Source: Trypanosoma brucei
Taxonomy: Eukaryota
Direction: 5' to 3'
Length of the DNA: 64,000 nt
Assembly: GCA_000002445.1 (NCBI GenBank)
Contig: CP000070.1
Location: forward strand, 96,001-160,000
Each line of letters starts with the position of its first letter. The first letter of the stretch is position 1. The notes beneath the pieces are model-generated. The model made no database searches, was not told where the DNA came from, and saw only the letters and a list, made by a program, of their open reading frames with translations. Of this stretch, positions 55,194 to 64,000 are shown piece by piece. The position numbers and the translations under genes were made by a program.

Positions 55194-56957
55194 TTTTATA
55201 TATTTCCCTCCTTTGTCAGCGAATACGAGTCACCAACTCAGTGAACGATGTCAGCAACAAATACGGCAACAAGTGAGTGAAAGAGAAAGGGATGGTGAGG
55301 TAAAAACTAAAATAAACTAAAAATAAAACAAGTTAAATAAATAAAATTAAGCGAGGATTTTGTCGCTTCCTTGGTAGAGAAAAACAAACAAAGGAACTCC
55401 ACAAAAAAAATCACACTACCTCTTTTTCTTCCTTAACTTACGTTCCACTGTCGGCGTTTCTTTCCTTCTTTTTTTTTCTTTCTTCAATTGCACTCTATTT
55501 AATCTTTTTTCCACCCCTTTCCCGTGTGTTCAACTTGTGGTCAGCCGTTTACTTAACCCTTTAAAACATTTTAAAGACATGAAAAGAGTAAAGTCGGAGA
55601 AAAAAAGAGAGAGAAAGAGAGACGTTGATGCGAATGAAAGTGTCAGGTTTTATGTGTTCAACCACTGTTTCCTTCTATTTTTATGTTATCAAGAATGTTA
55701 GAAACACTAAATATGAATAAGGTTTGTAAAATAAATAAAACATGACACAGAGAGATAACAAGTTATTGGAGTCCTCAGCTCACTGAAATGTCTACAATTT
55801 TACTCTGCTTTTATCATTTATTCCATCAAGATGTCTACTTCATTTGTAATTCCTCTTATCCCTATGTGTCGAAACCAGTGGAATTTAAAATGAATGTTTA
55901 TGTTTCTCATGCATAACTCAGACAATGTGATGTGAGGCAGGAACAGGCACAAAGGTACGGTACCGTCTGCAAGTGGTTAAACCCACAAAATACGTGAAGG
56001 AAAGAAATATAAATATAAATATTTTATTTTTTATTTTTTATTGAAAGAGATAAATAACAAAAAACGACAGCAACAACGGTGGCTCAGTTGTGGACCCCTA
56101 CAAAAGGATACAGTAACGCGTCACCTCTCATATCCCCTAGTAATTGACACTGCAAATTATTAAACCATGTGTCAGGAAATTAAAGTCAATCCTCTTTTTT
56201 AAATTTCTTTTTTTTTCCCACACGAAAAACACTCCAAAGGCGGGGGAATGTCATGAAATGTTTATTAAATAAACAATAAAAAGAAGCGAAACAACTGCCG
56301 CTCGCTCCCTCCGCAGTCCCGTAATCTCATCCCCTTCAAATACCCATTTGCACACATCGCTGTTCATTCACCGCGTGCGTAAAAACTACGGAATTGTCGT
56401 ATAGTTTGTGATTCAACACACCGTTCACATGTATGTTTGTTTATTTACAAAAGGCAAAGGAGGACAAAATGGCGCGGTCATCCATGAAAATGCCCCGATT
56501 TGTGTCCAAGAATAAACTGCTGACAGAGGAAAAGAACTAAATGCCCTAAACGCTTAACATATCTTTTATGTTCACTCCTTCGCTTGATCAACTAGCCTTC
56601 TTAAACTTGTGACCAATGAGCAACGCCCCGGACAAAGGGACGCCAGATGAAACGGTAAAAGGTGAGATAAATGAGCGGAAAAGATAAAAAAGGAATGATG
56701 AAATTGAAGTTTAAAGAAAATCATCAATGAAAATAAATACTTACCCACAAGGCAATACAAAGCCATGTGCCCCTTCACTATGTTATAACGGCGCGTATGT
56801 TCCTTTAACCGAGTCTTTAACACACAAACACACACATTATGACGGCTAAGTACTTCAATGCAGTCCTCTTTTTTTTGGAGGGGGGGAATAAAAAGAAAAA
56901 AGGACTTAAGTTGTTATCTTCGGCGGCTCCGCATCTTATGGATTTCGTTACGACCTA

Positions 56958-58958
56958 TCATTTAGACGACACTCTCCGAAGCCGTTCCTCCAACGGTAGC
57001 CTTTCAAGTCTCTGTCGCTTGCGTGCGGCATGGATTACCTTATCTGTGCTGGTAAAGTTAGTGCGGCTATCTTTCTTTGCCTCATATAACGTCACACGCC
57101 GCGACGCTCCCTCCTTTTCGCCTTCAGGACGTTGACGTCTGCGTCGTTGCTGCTTTCCACTACTCCGTACACCCTTAAGGTGTTTCTTTGCTTCGTTGAC
57201 ATCGTCCTCATTGTCCTCACCGCTATCATTATTACCACCACCATCGCTGCTGCCGCTTTCGTTCTCGCCAACATCCTCTGGAACAATAGAAAATAACTCC
57301 GATTCATATCGCTGCTTCCGTTCGCTTGCCTTTGCACGCCGCTCTTTTATCTGTTGCAGGAGCTTCGCGTATTCTGGGTTTGACGGATCTAACGCAAAAG
57401 GAGTTCCCCTACTTCCATTGAACGCCTTTTGGAATCGTGGATCAGCTTGAGCAGCAGCAAGCGCCTGATTCTTCAAAGTGGTTTTCCCATCAGTCATTGG
57501 ACCACCGTTGGCACTGTCAGCATCGCCAACTAATTCATTGTCACCCGTTTCAGCAGCATTGGCATTGCGCTTAAATTTACTAATACGATCCTCCCAGCGT
57601 TTCTCAGTTTTGCGCCTCGAGTTCTCCTGCACATAGCGGCTGAACGCTCCAGGATCAACAACGGCCTTCAGCTCACGATACAAAGCATTTTCAATAAAGG
57701 CACCATGCATGACGGGGCGAACCTTTCCCCCTGCCAAATCATCTGCCGTCATGCCAAGGTTCTCCATTTCTTCCTTGGACACAAAAGTGTAATCGTCATA
57801 GACGGTTGTTATCTCCTTCTCCTCAAGTTCTTCAGTTAAAATCTCCAGAAATGAGGCCCACCGCGGTGCCACGCCAAGCTGCGGTATGAAATGTACCTGG
57901 ACCCGAGGTGCATCACAGCAGATACAAATGACCCCACTATCACTGCACTCAAAAGGTTCCACAATGTTGTGTTGGCTGCGAAGGACACAAAAATCCGTAA
58001 TATCCGCCGGTGCCTCAATGCTAGTGAAGTTGCTTCCATCCTTCTTGCTCCACACCTTTACCATACGCGTATCAGCGGAGAGCACGTGTGTCGCCTCTCC
58101 TGTTGCAGTGCTGCTACCTTGAAAGAAGTACGTTTTGACAATAGGCAATGAGTTCATGTGATCCTTTACAATTAGCGGCTTCTGCAGTCGGAGATCATAC
58201 AAGAGCACCTGACCGGCTTCTGTCCCACAGCTAAACAGGAGGCCACGCTCATCATCTACGGCAATGTGGCGTAACTCACAACGTTCCTCAACACCTGATA
58301 CGGCTCCGGTACCTGCAACTGTTAACCGCGCTGCACATGAAGCTGCCCGGCTATCCCATGCCTCTACAACACCGTCCACACCGGCACAAAGCACGAGGCC
58401 GTGGTTTTTAAATACCTCCACGTGATTCACACCATCGGCGCACTGAGTTTTGTAGCTCTCAACGAAGGAACCAGTTTCTAAACTGAGACGAAATATTTCA
58501 TGTGATGTACCACTCGACAACAACTCAGCTGTGTGGGGATTAAATGCCAAGCACCTCATCGTGTGTGGAACACGAACACGGTCAACGATAGCCGCAGAGT
58601 GGTGAATAGTAATCTGCCGCCCCTCTCCCCGCAGCGCAAACTTACGGAAATCGGGAGAGAGTGACACCCCACCAAGTATAGGCATGTCGGCGTTGAAACT
58701 ATATTTCATGCTGAGTTGATTTACGTCAAAGCACTTTAATCGGGGCGGGTAGTCGCCAGCAGCGAATAGGTGCGTGCCATTTGCCGTTCGAAAGATTGTT
58801 CGCGCAAAGTGAGGAAATTCAAGGTCATGAATTAGTTCGACACGGTGCTCTCCCCCCGCGAGTCGCTTGTTTTTCCGTCGCTCCGCAATCCATTCCGGTA
58901 GAGACTTGCCGGCAGTGAGGTTGTAGGTTTTAACCTTGTTATGGAGCGATACCTGCAT
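56958..58958 (-). CDS. NOL10: Nucleolar protein 10 (NOL10/Enp2) homologue, 666 aa.
   Basis: The N-terminus MQVSLHNKVKTYNLTAGKSLPEWIAERRKNK matches the conserved NOL10/Enp2 opening MQVS..N.VK.Y.LS.GKSLPEW. WD-like repeats follow, and the C-terminus is charged. Confidence 0.8.
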   Translation of the reverse strand: MQVSLHNKVKTYNLTAGKSLPEWIAERRKNKRLAGGEHRVELIHDLEFPHFARTIFRTANGTHLFAAGDYPPRLKCFDVNQLSMKYSFNADMPILGGVSLSPDFRKFALRGEGRQITIHHSAAIVDRVRVPHTMRCLAFNPHTAELLSSGTSHEIFRLSLETGSFVESYKTQCADGVNHVEVFKNHGLVLCAGVDGVVEAWDSRAASCAARLTVAGTGAVSGVEERCELRHIAVDDERGLLFSCGTEAGQVLLYDLRLQKPLIVKDHMNSLPIVKTYFFQGSSTATGEATHVLSADTRMVKVWSKKDGSNFTSIEAPADITDFCVLRSQHNIVEPFECSDSGVICICCDAPRVQVHFIPQLGVAPRWASFLEILTEELEEKEITTVYDDYTFVSKEEMENLGMTADDLAGGKVRPVMHGAFIENALYRELKAVVDPGAFSRYVQENSRRKTEKRWEDRISKFKRNANAAETGDNELVGDADSANGGPMTDGKTTLKNQALAAAQADPRFQKAFNGSRGTPFALDPSNPEYAKLLQQIKERRAKASERKQRYESELFSIVPEDVGENESGSSDGGGNNDSGEDNEDDVNEAKKHLKGVRSSGKQQRRRRQRPEGEKEGASRRVTLYEAKKDSRTNFTSTDKVIHAARKRQRLERLPLEERLRRVSSK

Positions 58959-59502
58959 TTCAGCAACAAATATTTACTCAGTGCTGCCCAAGCTGCAGGT
59001 AAATTCTTGCTTAAAACTTTCGACCTAACTCTTCAAAGTTCCTTCAGTCCCACGACCGCAAGGGAAAACCGCAGCAGCAACAACACGACAGTCGCCGACA
59101 ACACTATCAGATATGCTGCTATGCGAACAGTGGCGGTAAATACACTGTGGTTTTTAAGAAAAAAATAGAAAAAAAAAAGACACAGATAAAAAAGGGAGAG
59201 AGAATGAGAGAGTTAGATTCCCACCAATATATTAAGTATGGTAACAACAACAACAATACATATATATATATATATATATGCACTAGGACCACAATTCACC
59301 CCATTACCCCACAGCCTACTCTCTTTTTTTTTTCGAATCCACACGATTAAGTTCTATAGGGAAACACACCTTGTGCTCATTGAGGCACCGTAACACAACG
59401 GACGCCCACACCAGTGCGCGACACATTCAAGAAAGAACGCATATGTATGTATATATATATATATATGTATACATGTATATAACAGCGTTTCCACTCGCTC
59501 TT

Positions 59503-59522
59503 TCTCTCTCTCTCTCTCTCTG
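59503..59522. repeat. (CT)n microsatellite with (AT)n/(TATG) runs just upstream at 59440-59480.
   Basis: The sequence tctctctctctctctctctc. Confidence 0.9.
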
Positions 59523-60245
59523 TCGCGCGTATATGTTGTAGCACTGTTAAAACAGAAGCCCGCAATGTGCGTTAGAACCACAGGGGAGTGGGAAGCATAT
59601 CTTGACGGCACAAACATCCCTCGCAACGGTGTAGCAACAGAAGGTGACGGAGCAATCACATGCGTGGACAGAACAAGGCCTTCACTCCCTTCAACCCACC
59701 AATCTTCTCCGTAGCATTTTCTCGCATTCCCTACGAACATACAAACGAAGAGGAAGGGGCGTAAAAAAAACAATGGAGAAAAACCAATAATATTCGTTTG
59801 GCCCGGTCACCAACAGTCTCTTTTTTTTTTCTTTGTTTGCTATTCGTTACGTCTGAAAACAATATTTCGCCTTTACGACAACTCGTTAAACAACAATTTG
59901 TGCCCTTAATTCAACACCACAGTGACATCGAGATATACCTCAAGTCACCTTATCGTTGGGGGTGCTCGAACATGAAAGCGCGTGCTGATTCGTCACAACA
60001 ATAACATTAGCCTAAAAATCTCAAACACGTTCTACATTATTTACCTCCCCTATTAATCTACTTAGTTCACGCACTCAGTGTCACCTTTCCCTTTACACCA
60101 TTTAAGTACGTGCAACTAACGTACTATTATCATTTTCCCATTTGTTAAAACAAAAAAAAGTCTCTTCCTTCGCTTCCACCAATTTTATTTCTTTCTATTC
60201 ACAAACACAAAGAAATTAACCAAGGTCCAAATGCGTCACTGAAAT

Positions 60246-62165
60246 TTAGTCAACATCATCGGGGACTGGAGCGTTTCCTTCGCCCTCTCCTGAAGGAGGT
60301 GCCGGAGGTGCCTGTTCCATTGCCCGCTTTACGTAATATGCGGAGAGAATGGGGTGCGCCACCTGCTCAATTTCTTTATTCTTGGCGTCATATTCCTCCT
60401 TTGTTGCATCACGATTCTCATCAAGCCAATTTACCACAGCATTCACAACGGTTTGGATCTTCTGCTGGTCTTCTTGACTAATGTTCTGCTGGACGTCGGG
60501 GTCGCTTAGCGTAGAGCGAAGCGAAAATGTGTAGTTCTCAACGGAATTGCGTGCTTCAATCTTTTCTGCGTTTGCTCGGTCCTCTTCCGCGAATTTTTCA
60601 GCCTCCGCAACCATTTTGTCAATCTGTTCGCGTGAGAGCCGACCCTTGTCATTCGATATGGTGATGGCTTGTGTTTTACCAGCCGTCTCTTCCACAGCGG
60701 TAACAACAAGAATGCCGTCAACGTTCACGTCGAAGCTCACGGTAATCCGCGGCTTGCCGCGGGGCGCAGGGGGGATGTCAGTGAGCGTAAATGTTCCTAA
60801 GCATTGGCATTGCGACACCAAGGGGCGCTCACCCTCGTAAACTTTGATTTCAACACTGCGTTGGTTGTCAGCGTTGGTGGAAAATGTTTGCGATTTTTGT
60901 GCGGGCACGCTGGTGTTGCGCGGAATGAGCACAGACATTACACCACCGGCAGTTTCAACACCCAGTGAAAGCGGAGTCACATCGACTAGGAGAAGGTCTT
61001 TCGTTTGCTTACTTTTGCCACCAGATACGATATGAGCTTGTACCGCGGCTCCATAAGCAACCGCCTCATCAGGGTTGATTGAACGGTTCGGCTCCTTGCC
61101 GTTGAAAAAGTTCTGCACCAACTGTTGCACGCGGGGAATGCGAGTTGATCCACCGACAAGAACCACATCGTCCACTGCCGATGCATCAACCTCGGCATCT
61201 TTCAGGACCTTCCTCACTGGCTCTAGGCAGCGCTCGAATTGGTCACGGCACATCTCCTCGAACCGAGCTCGCGTTATTTTGGAGAAAAAGTCAAACCCTT
61301 CATACAGTGCATCAATCTCAATGTTGGTGCTTGCTGAACTGGAAAGTGTTCGCTTCACCCGTTCGCATGCCGTACGCAAACGCCTCATCGCACGTGCGTT
61401 TCCACGCAAATCCTTACCGGTGCGGGTTCTGAACTCAGTCGCGAAGTAATCCACAAGGCGGCTGTCAAAGTCTTCCCCACCAAGATGTGTGTCACCAGCA
61501 GTTGCCCTCACTTCAAATAAGCCACCGTCAATGTTTAGCAACGTCACATCAAAAGTACCACCTCCAAGATCAAAGATGAGCACCGTCTTCATTGCTCCTT
61601 CAGAACTTCTGTCCATGCCATACGCAATGGCTGCGGCTGTTGGTTCGTTAACGATGCGCAACACCTCAAGACCAGCAATTGATCCCGCGTCTTTTGTTGC
61701 TTGACGTTGCGAGTCGTTGAAATACGCAGGCACAGTCACGACGGCCTTTGATACCTTCTCGCCAAGGTAGGATTCCGCGATTTCCTTCATTTTCTGCAAG
61801 ACCATCGCACTTATCTCTTCGGGGAAAAAGGTTCTCCTCTCACCTTGGTACTCTACCTCCACAACCGGTTTCCCTTCCTTCACAGTTACCTTAAAGGGCC
61901 AATGTTTCATGTCAGCTTGCAGGTCTGGGTCATCATATTTTCGGCCAATTATTCGCTTGGCATCAAACACCGTATTTGTTGGGTTCATGGCCACTTGATT
62001 CTTTGCGGCATCGCCAACCAGTCGCTCAGTTTCACTGAAGGACACATAAGAAGGTGTTGTGCGGTTACCCTGATCGTTGGCGACAATTTCAACCTGATCA
62101 TTTTTGAACACACCCACGCACGAGTAAGTTGTGCCAAGATCAATGCCGATCGCCGGAGCAGGCAT
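60246..62165 (-). CDS. HSP70.4: HSP70-family chaperone of 639 aa, cytosolic type without a C-terminal EEVD. It ends ...[14 protein letters not shown] and resembles trypanosomatid HSP70.4.
   Basis: Canonical HSP70 signatures are [25 protein letters not shown] and [15 protein letters not shown]. It is a full-length ORF. The HSP70.4 subtype is inferred from the atypical C-terminus and the neighbouring genes. Confidence 0.9.
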   Translation of the reverse strand: MPAPAIGIDLGTTYSCVGVFKNDQVEIVANDQGNRTTPSYVSFSETERLVGDAAKNQVAMNPTNTVFDAKRIIGRKYDDPDLQADMKHWPFKVTVKEGKPVVEVEYQGERRTFFPEEISAMVLQKMKEIAESYLGEKVSKAVVTVPAYFNDSQRQATKDAGSIAGLEVLRIVNEPTAAAIAYGMDRSSEGAMKTVLIFDLGGGTFDVTLLNIDGGLFEVRATAGDTHLGGEDFDSRLVDYFATEFRTRTGKDLRGNARAMRRLRTACERVKRTLSSSASTNIEIDALYEGFDFFSKITRARFEEMCRDQFERCLEPVRKVLKDAEVDASAVDDVVLVGGSTRIPRVQQLVQNFFNGKEPNRSINPDEAVAYGAAVQAHIVSGGKSKQTKDLLLVDVTPLSLGVETAGGVMSVLIPRNTSVPAQKSQTFSTNADNQRSVEIKVYEGERPLVSQCQCLGTFTLTDIPPAPRGKPRITVSFDVNVDGILVVTAVEETAGKTQAITISNDKGRLSREQIDKMVAEAEKFAEEDRANAEKIEARNSVENYTFSLRSTLSDPDVQQNISQEDQQKIQTVVNAVVNWLDENRDATKEEYDAKNKEIEQVAHPILSAYYVKRAMEQAPPAPPSGEGEGNAPVPDDVD

Positions 62166-62204
62166 ACTTTCTTTTTCTTTGCTTATATTTTCCTAACAAC
62201 ACTC

Positions 62205-62240
62205 AAATAATAAAAAAAGAAAGAAGAAAAGAAGAGCATA
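62205..62240 (-). promoter_or_regulatory. Polypyrimidine tract on the coding strand upstream of the HSP70 gene.
   Basis: The + strand purine run aaaaaaagaaagaagaaaagaagagc lies 40-75 nt upstream of ATG 62165. Confidence 0.4.
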
Positions 62241-62784
62241 CACGTATATACAACACCTTCAGTTTCGCGCATCGTAATCGCCTTGGTTTCCCGCATGAGT
62301 TGTCGAAAGATTATCCTCGTATTAATTCCTTGTAGTCGCACTTTTTCTTGTTTATCTCCTCCTCCCAACTCTATGTTTATCTTTTGTTTTCACACTTATC
62401 CATGACCTTGCAACGCCTAACCCGCTTCTTCACCGCGATAATTCAGCTCCACATTCTCAAACTAATACCCAACGGCAGAAAAAGCGGTATTGGTATGGGA
62501 AAAGAGGTAGTGTGAAATACACAAACGCTGTCGACCTCTTCGACATGGAGAGAAGCAAGGGTCCGGCTGAATCAAACGTGTTTACTAGCAAAAAAAAAAA
62601 GTATTACTTACACAGGAATATAAGGATGCCACAGCTTAATATGCGCTGCGATTAAGCCCGAAGTCATTTTGCATCGTGAAGGCGTCGCCTCATCCCTCAT
62701 TCCTTCGGTCTCTATGTAAAATCGGTATGAAAAAAACTGCTCATATATATATATTTTTTATACTTATGTTTGAATGTATGGAAT

Positions 62785-64000
62785 CTAAAGTGAAATGTTC
62801 ACCGTACAAAGGGGTGCCTTCCGTCGTTGCTGAATGCTAAGTGTCACCCAATCCGATTTGAAGACACTCAACACCCCCACATGAGGCATGCCCCTAATAA
62901 CGCTACCACTCATGTTACTGTCGCTGTCGCCAGATGAACCACAGCCACCCGCTATTTTCCAAGCGTCTTTACCGCCTGCAACACGGGTTGACTGACCATC
63001 ACATTTAATACTCTGCTGAAACGGATCCACACCCACGGCAGTCGAACGAGATTCACTTTTCTGAGCTACTTGTTGAAGCTCACCTCGCATTTTCCCCTGA
63101 GCTTCTTGCTTTGCCCTAACCAGTTGTTCCTTCGCATTTTGGAAAACCTTTACGATGCCGCCGCGTATCTCCCCAACAAGAGCGTCTTCTTGATGTGGTT
63201 CATCTATTAGAAGAATAATCTCTTTTGTTGGAAAGACATTTCCACATCCCACGCCTCCCACAACTGCCTCTTCTGTTCCCTTTATTTGCACGAGAACGAA
63301 GTCGAGTAGTGTGTTTGGAGACTTCCGTGGGGGTATGTGGCACTTCTTTAACCCTGTGACTTCGTTAGGCCCGTGAAGTTTCTTTCCTTCACTCCCGCTT
63401 TCCCCCAGTTGGAGTGCTGCAGTTCCTTCGTTACCAATTTTCCAACACATTGCCCATTCCACAACACCTCCGCCGGTCTCGAGAACGTTCCGCATTGAGT
63501 GGGCCCTTGCGGTAACCGCTGGTGAAGCATCAGCTGCTACAATGACCAAAATAAAGTACTTATTTTCAAATAAGAGCTTCCCCGTGGCCTGCCGCTGTAG
63601 CCGCCTGTTGCGGCACTGCATGGCGAGCTGGCGAGTGCATCGTGGTGCATCCGGTGGGAGGAGCTCGGGGGTCCATTCGTGCATGGAGAGATCGTGGAGT
63701 GGCCCAAAACACTGACGGTTTTCACAATCTTCCAGAATCTTCGGGGTTACCACCCACAGCCCCGCAGCGATGGCTGCAAGGACACTTTCCCTCTGTGTTA
63801 GCTGGTGCGTTACCAAAATATCTGCCTCGCGAGTGCCGTGCACAAGTTGCACACGACTAATGACCTTTGCGGTCTCAGATGCACAATGAAGATGCTGTTG
63901 TTGAGGGCATGCCGGGCCCATAATATCGGCAGCCTCATCCTGATCCCCATCACAGTTCCTGCGGGGGGCACGACTGTTCAGCTCGTCACAAAATGCGACG
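62785..64000 (-). CDS. Partial CDS that is open to the right window edge. The ORF-track Met is at 63921. The protein has tandem BRCT-like domains.
   Basis: BRCT-like segments are ILVTHQLTQRESVLAAIAAGLWVVTPKILEDC and KYFILVIVAADASPAVTARAHSMRNVLETGGGVVEW. No in-frame stop occurs between 63921 and 64000 on the minus strand, so the gene may begin outside the window. Confidence 0.45.
   Translation of the reverse strand, partial: VAFCDELNSRAPRRNCDGDQDEAADIMGPACPQQQHLHCASETAKVISRVQLVHGTREADILVTHQLTQRESVLAAIAAGLWVVTPKILEDCENRQCFGPLHDLSMHEWTPELLPPDAPRCTRQLAMQCRNRRLQRQATGKLLFENKYFILVIVAADASPAVTARAHSMRNVLETGGGVVEWAMCWKIGNEGTAALQLGESGSEGKKLHGPNEVTGLKKCHIPPRKSPNTLLDFVLVQIKGTEEAVVGGVGCGNVFPTKEIILLIDEPHQEDALVGEIRGGIVKVFQNAKEQLVRAKQEAQGKMRGELQQVAQKSESRSTAVGVDPFQQSIKCDGQSTRVAGGKDAWKIAGGCGSSGDSDSNMSGSVIRGMPHVGVLSVFKSDWVTLSIQQRRKAPLCTVNISL

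Noticed and set aside
59325-59345. A ttcgaatcc string resembling a tRNA T-loop.
   Set aside because: It is preceded by a poly-T run and I could find no acceptor stem or anticodon-arm complementarity. It is not a tRNA.

Overview
The window is eukaryotic, and its gene structure, domain content and intergenic signals look like a kinetoplastid (Trypanosoma) core chromosomal region, not a prokaryotic locus.

- **Gene organisation.** Every credible coding region, about 24 genes, lies on the minus strand. They are closely spaced and intron-less. The intergenic regions carry purine-rich tracts on the + strand, which are polypyrimidine tracts on the coding strand. This fits one polycistronic transcription unit with trans-splicing and polyadenylation signals and no strand-switch.
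- **Recognised products.**
  - An HSP70-family chaperone, HSP70.4-like, lacking the C-terminal EEVD.
  - Two tandem, diverged ATP-dependent DNA ligases of the kinetoplastid mitochondrial (LIG k) type, each with an N-terminal Cys4 zinc-ribbon.
  - A NOL10/Enp2 homologue.
  - Prefoldin subunit 3.
  - A circularly permuted Lsg1/GNL1-type GTPase.
  - A cytochrome b5-domain protein.
  - A JmjC (JMJD7-like) protein.
  - Two J-domain proteins.
  - A 1562-aa protein with MORN repeats and two FYVE fingers.
  - A second FYVE protein.
  - A WWE plus WD40 protein.
  - A WD40/Utp12-like nucleolar protein with a long acidic tail.
  - A tandem-BRCT-like protein, truncated at the right edge.
- **Most notable feature.** Positions 1-1005 hold about 13 copies of a 78-bp tandem repeat. 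By manual translation the repeat is in frame with a roughly 460-aa unique N-terminal domain that starts at ATG 2391 on the minus strand. This is a repeat-containing protein gene with a 26-aa Ser/Thr/Pro-rich unit. It runs off the left edge of the window, so the ORF track, which requires a stop codon, did not list it.
- **Not found.** I could not identify any rRNA, tRNA, snoRNA cluster, retroposon or CRISPR. Several microsatellites and homopolymer tracts sit in the intergenic/UTR regions.
- **Limits.** Functions marked hypothetical rest only on my reading of motifs. No database search was possible.
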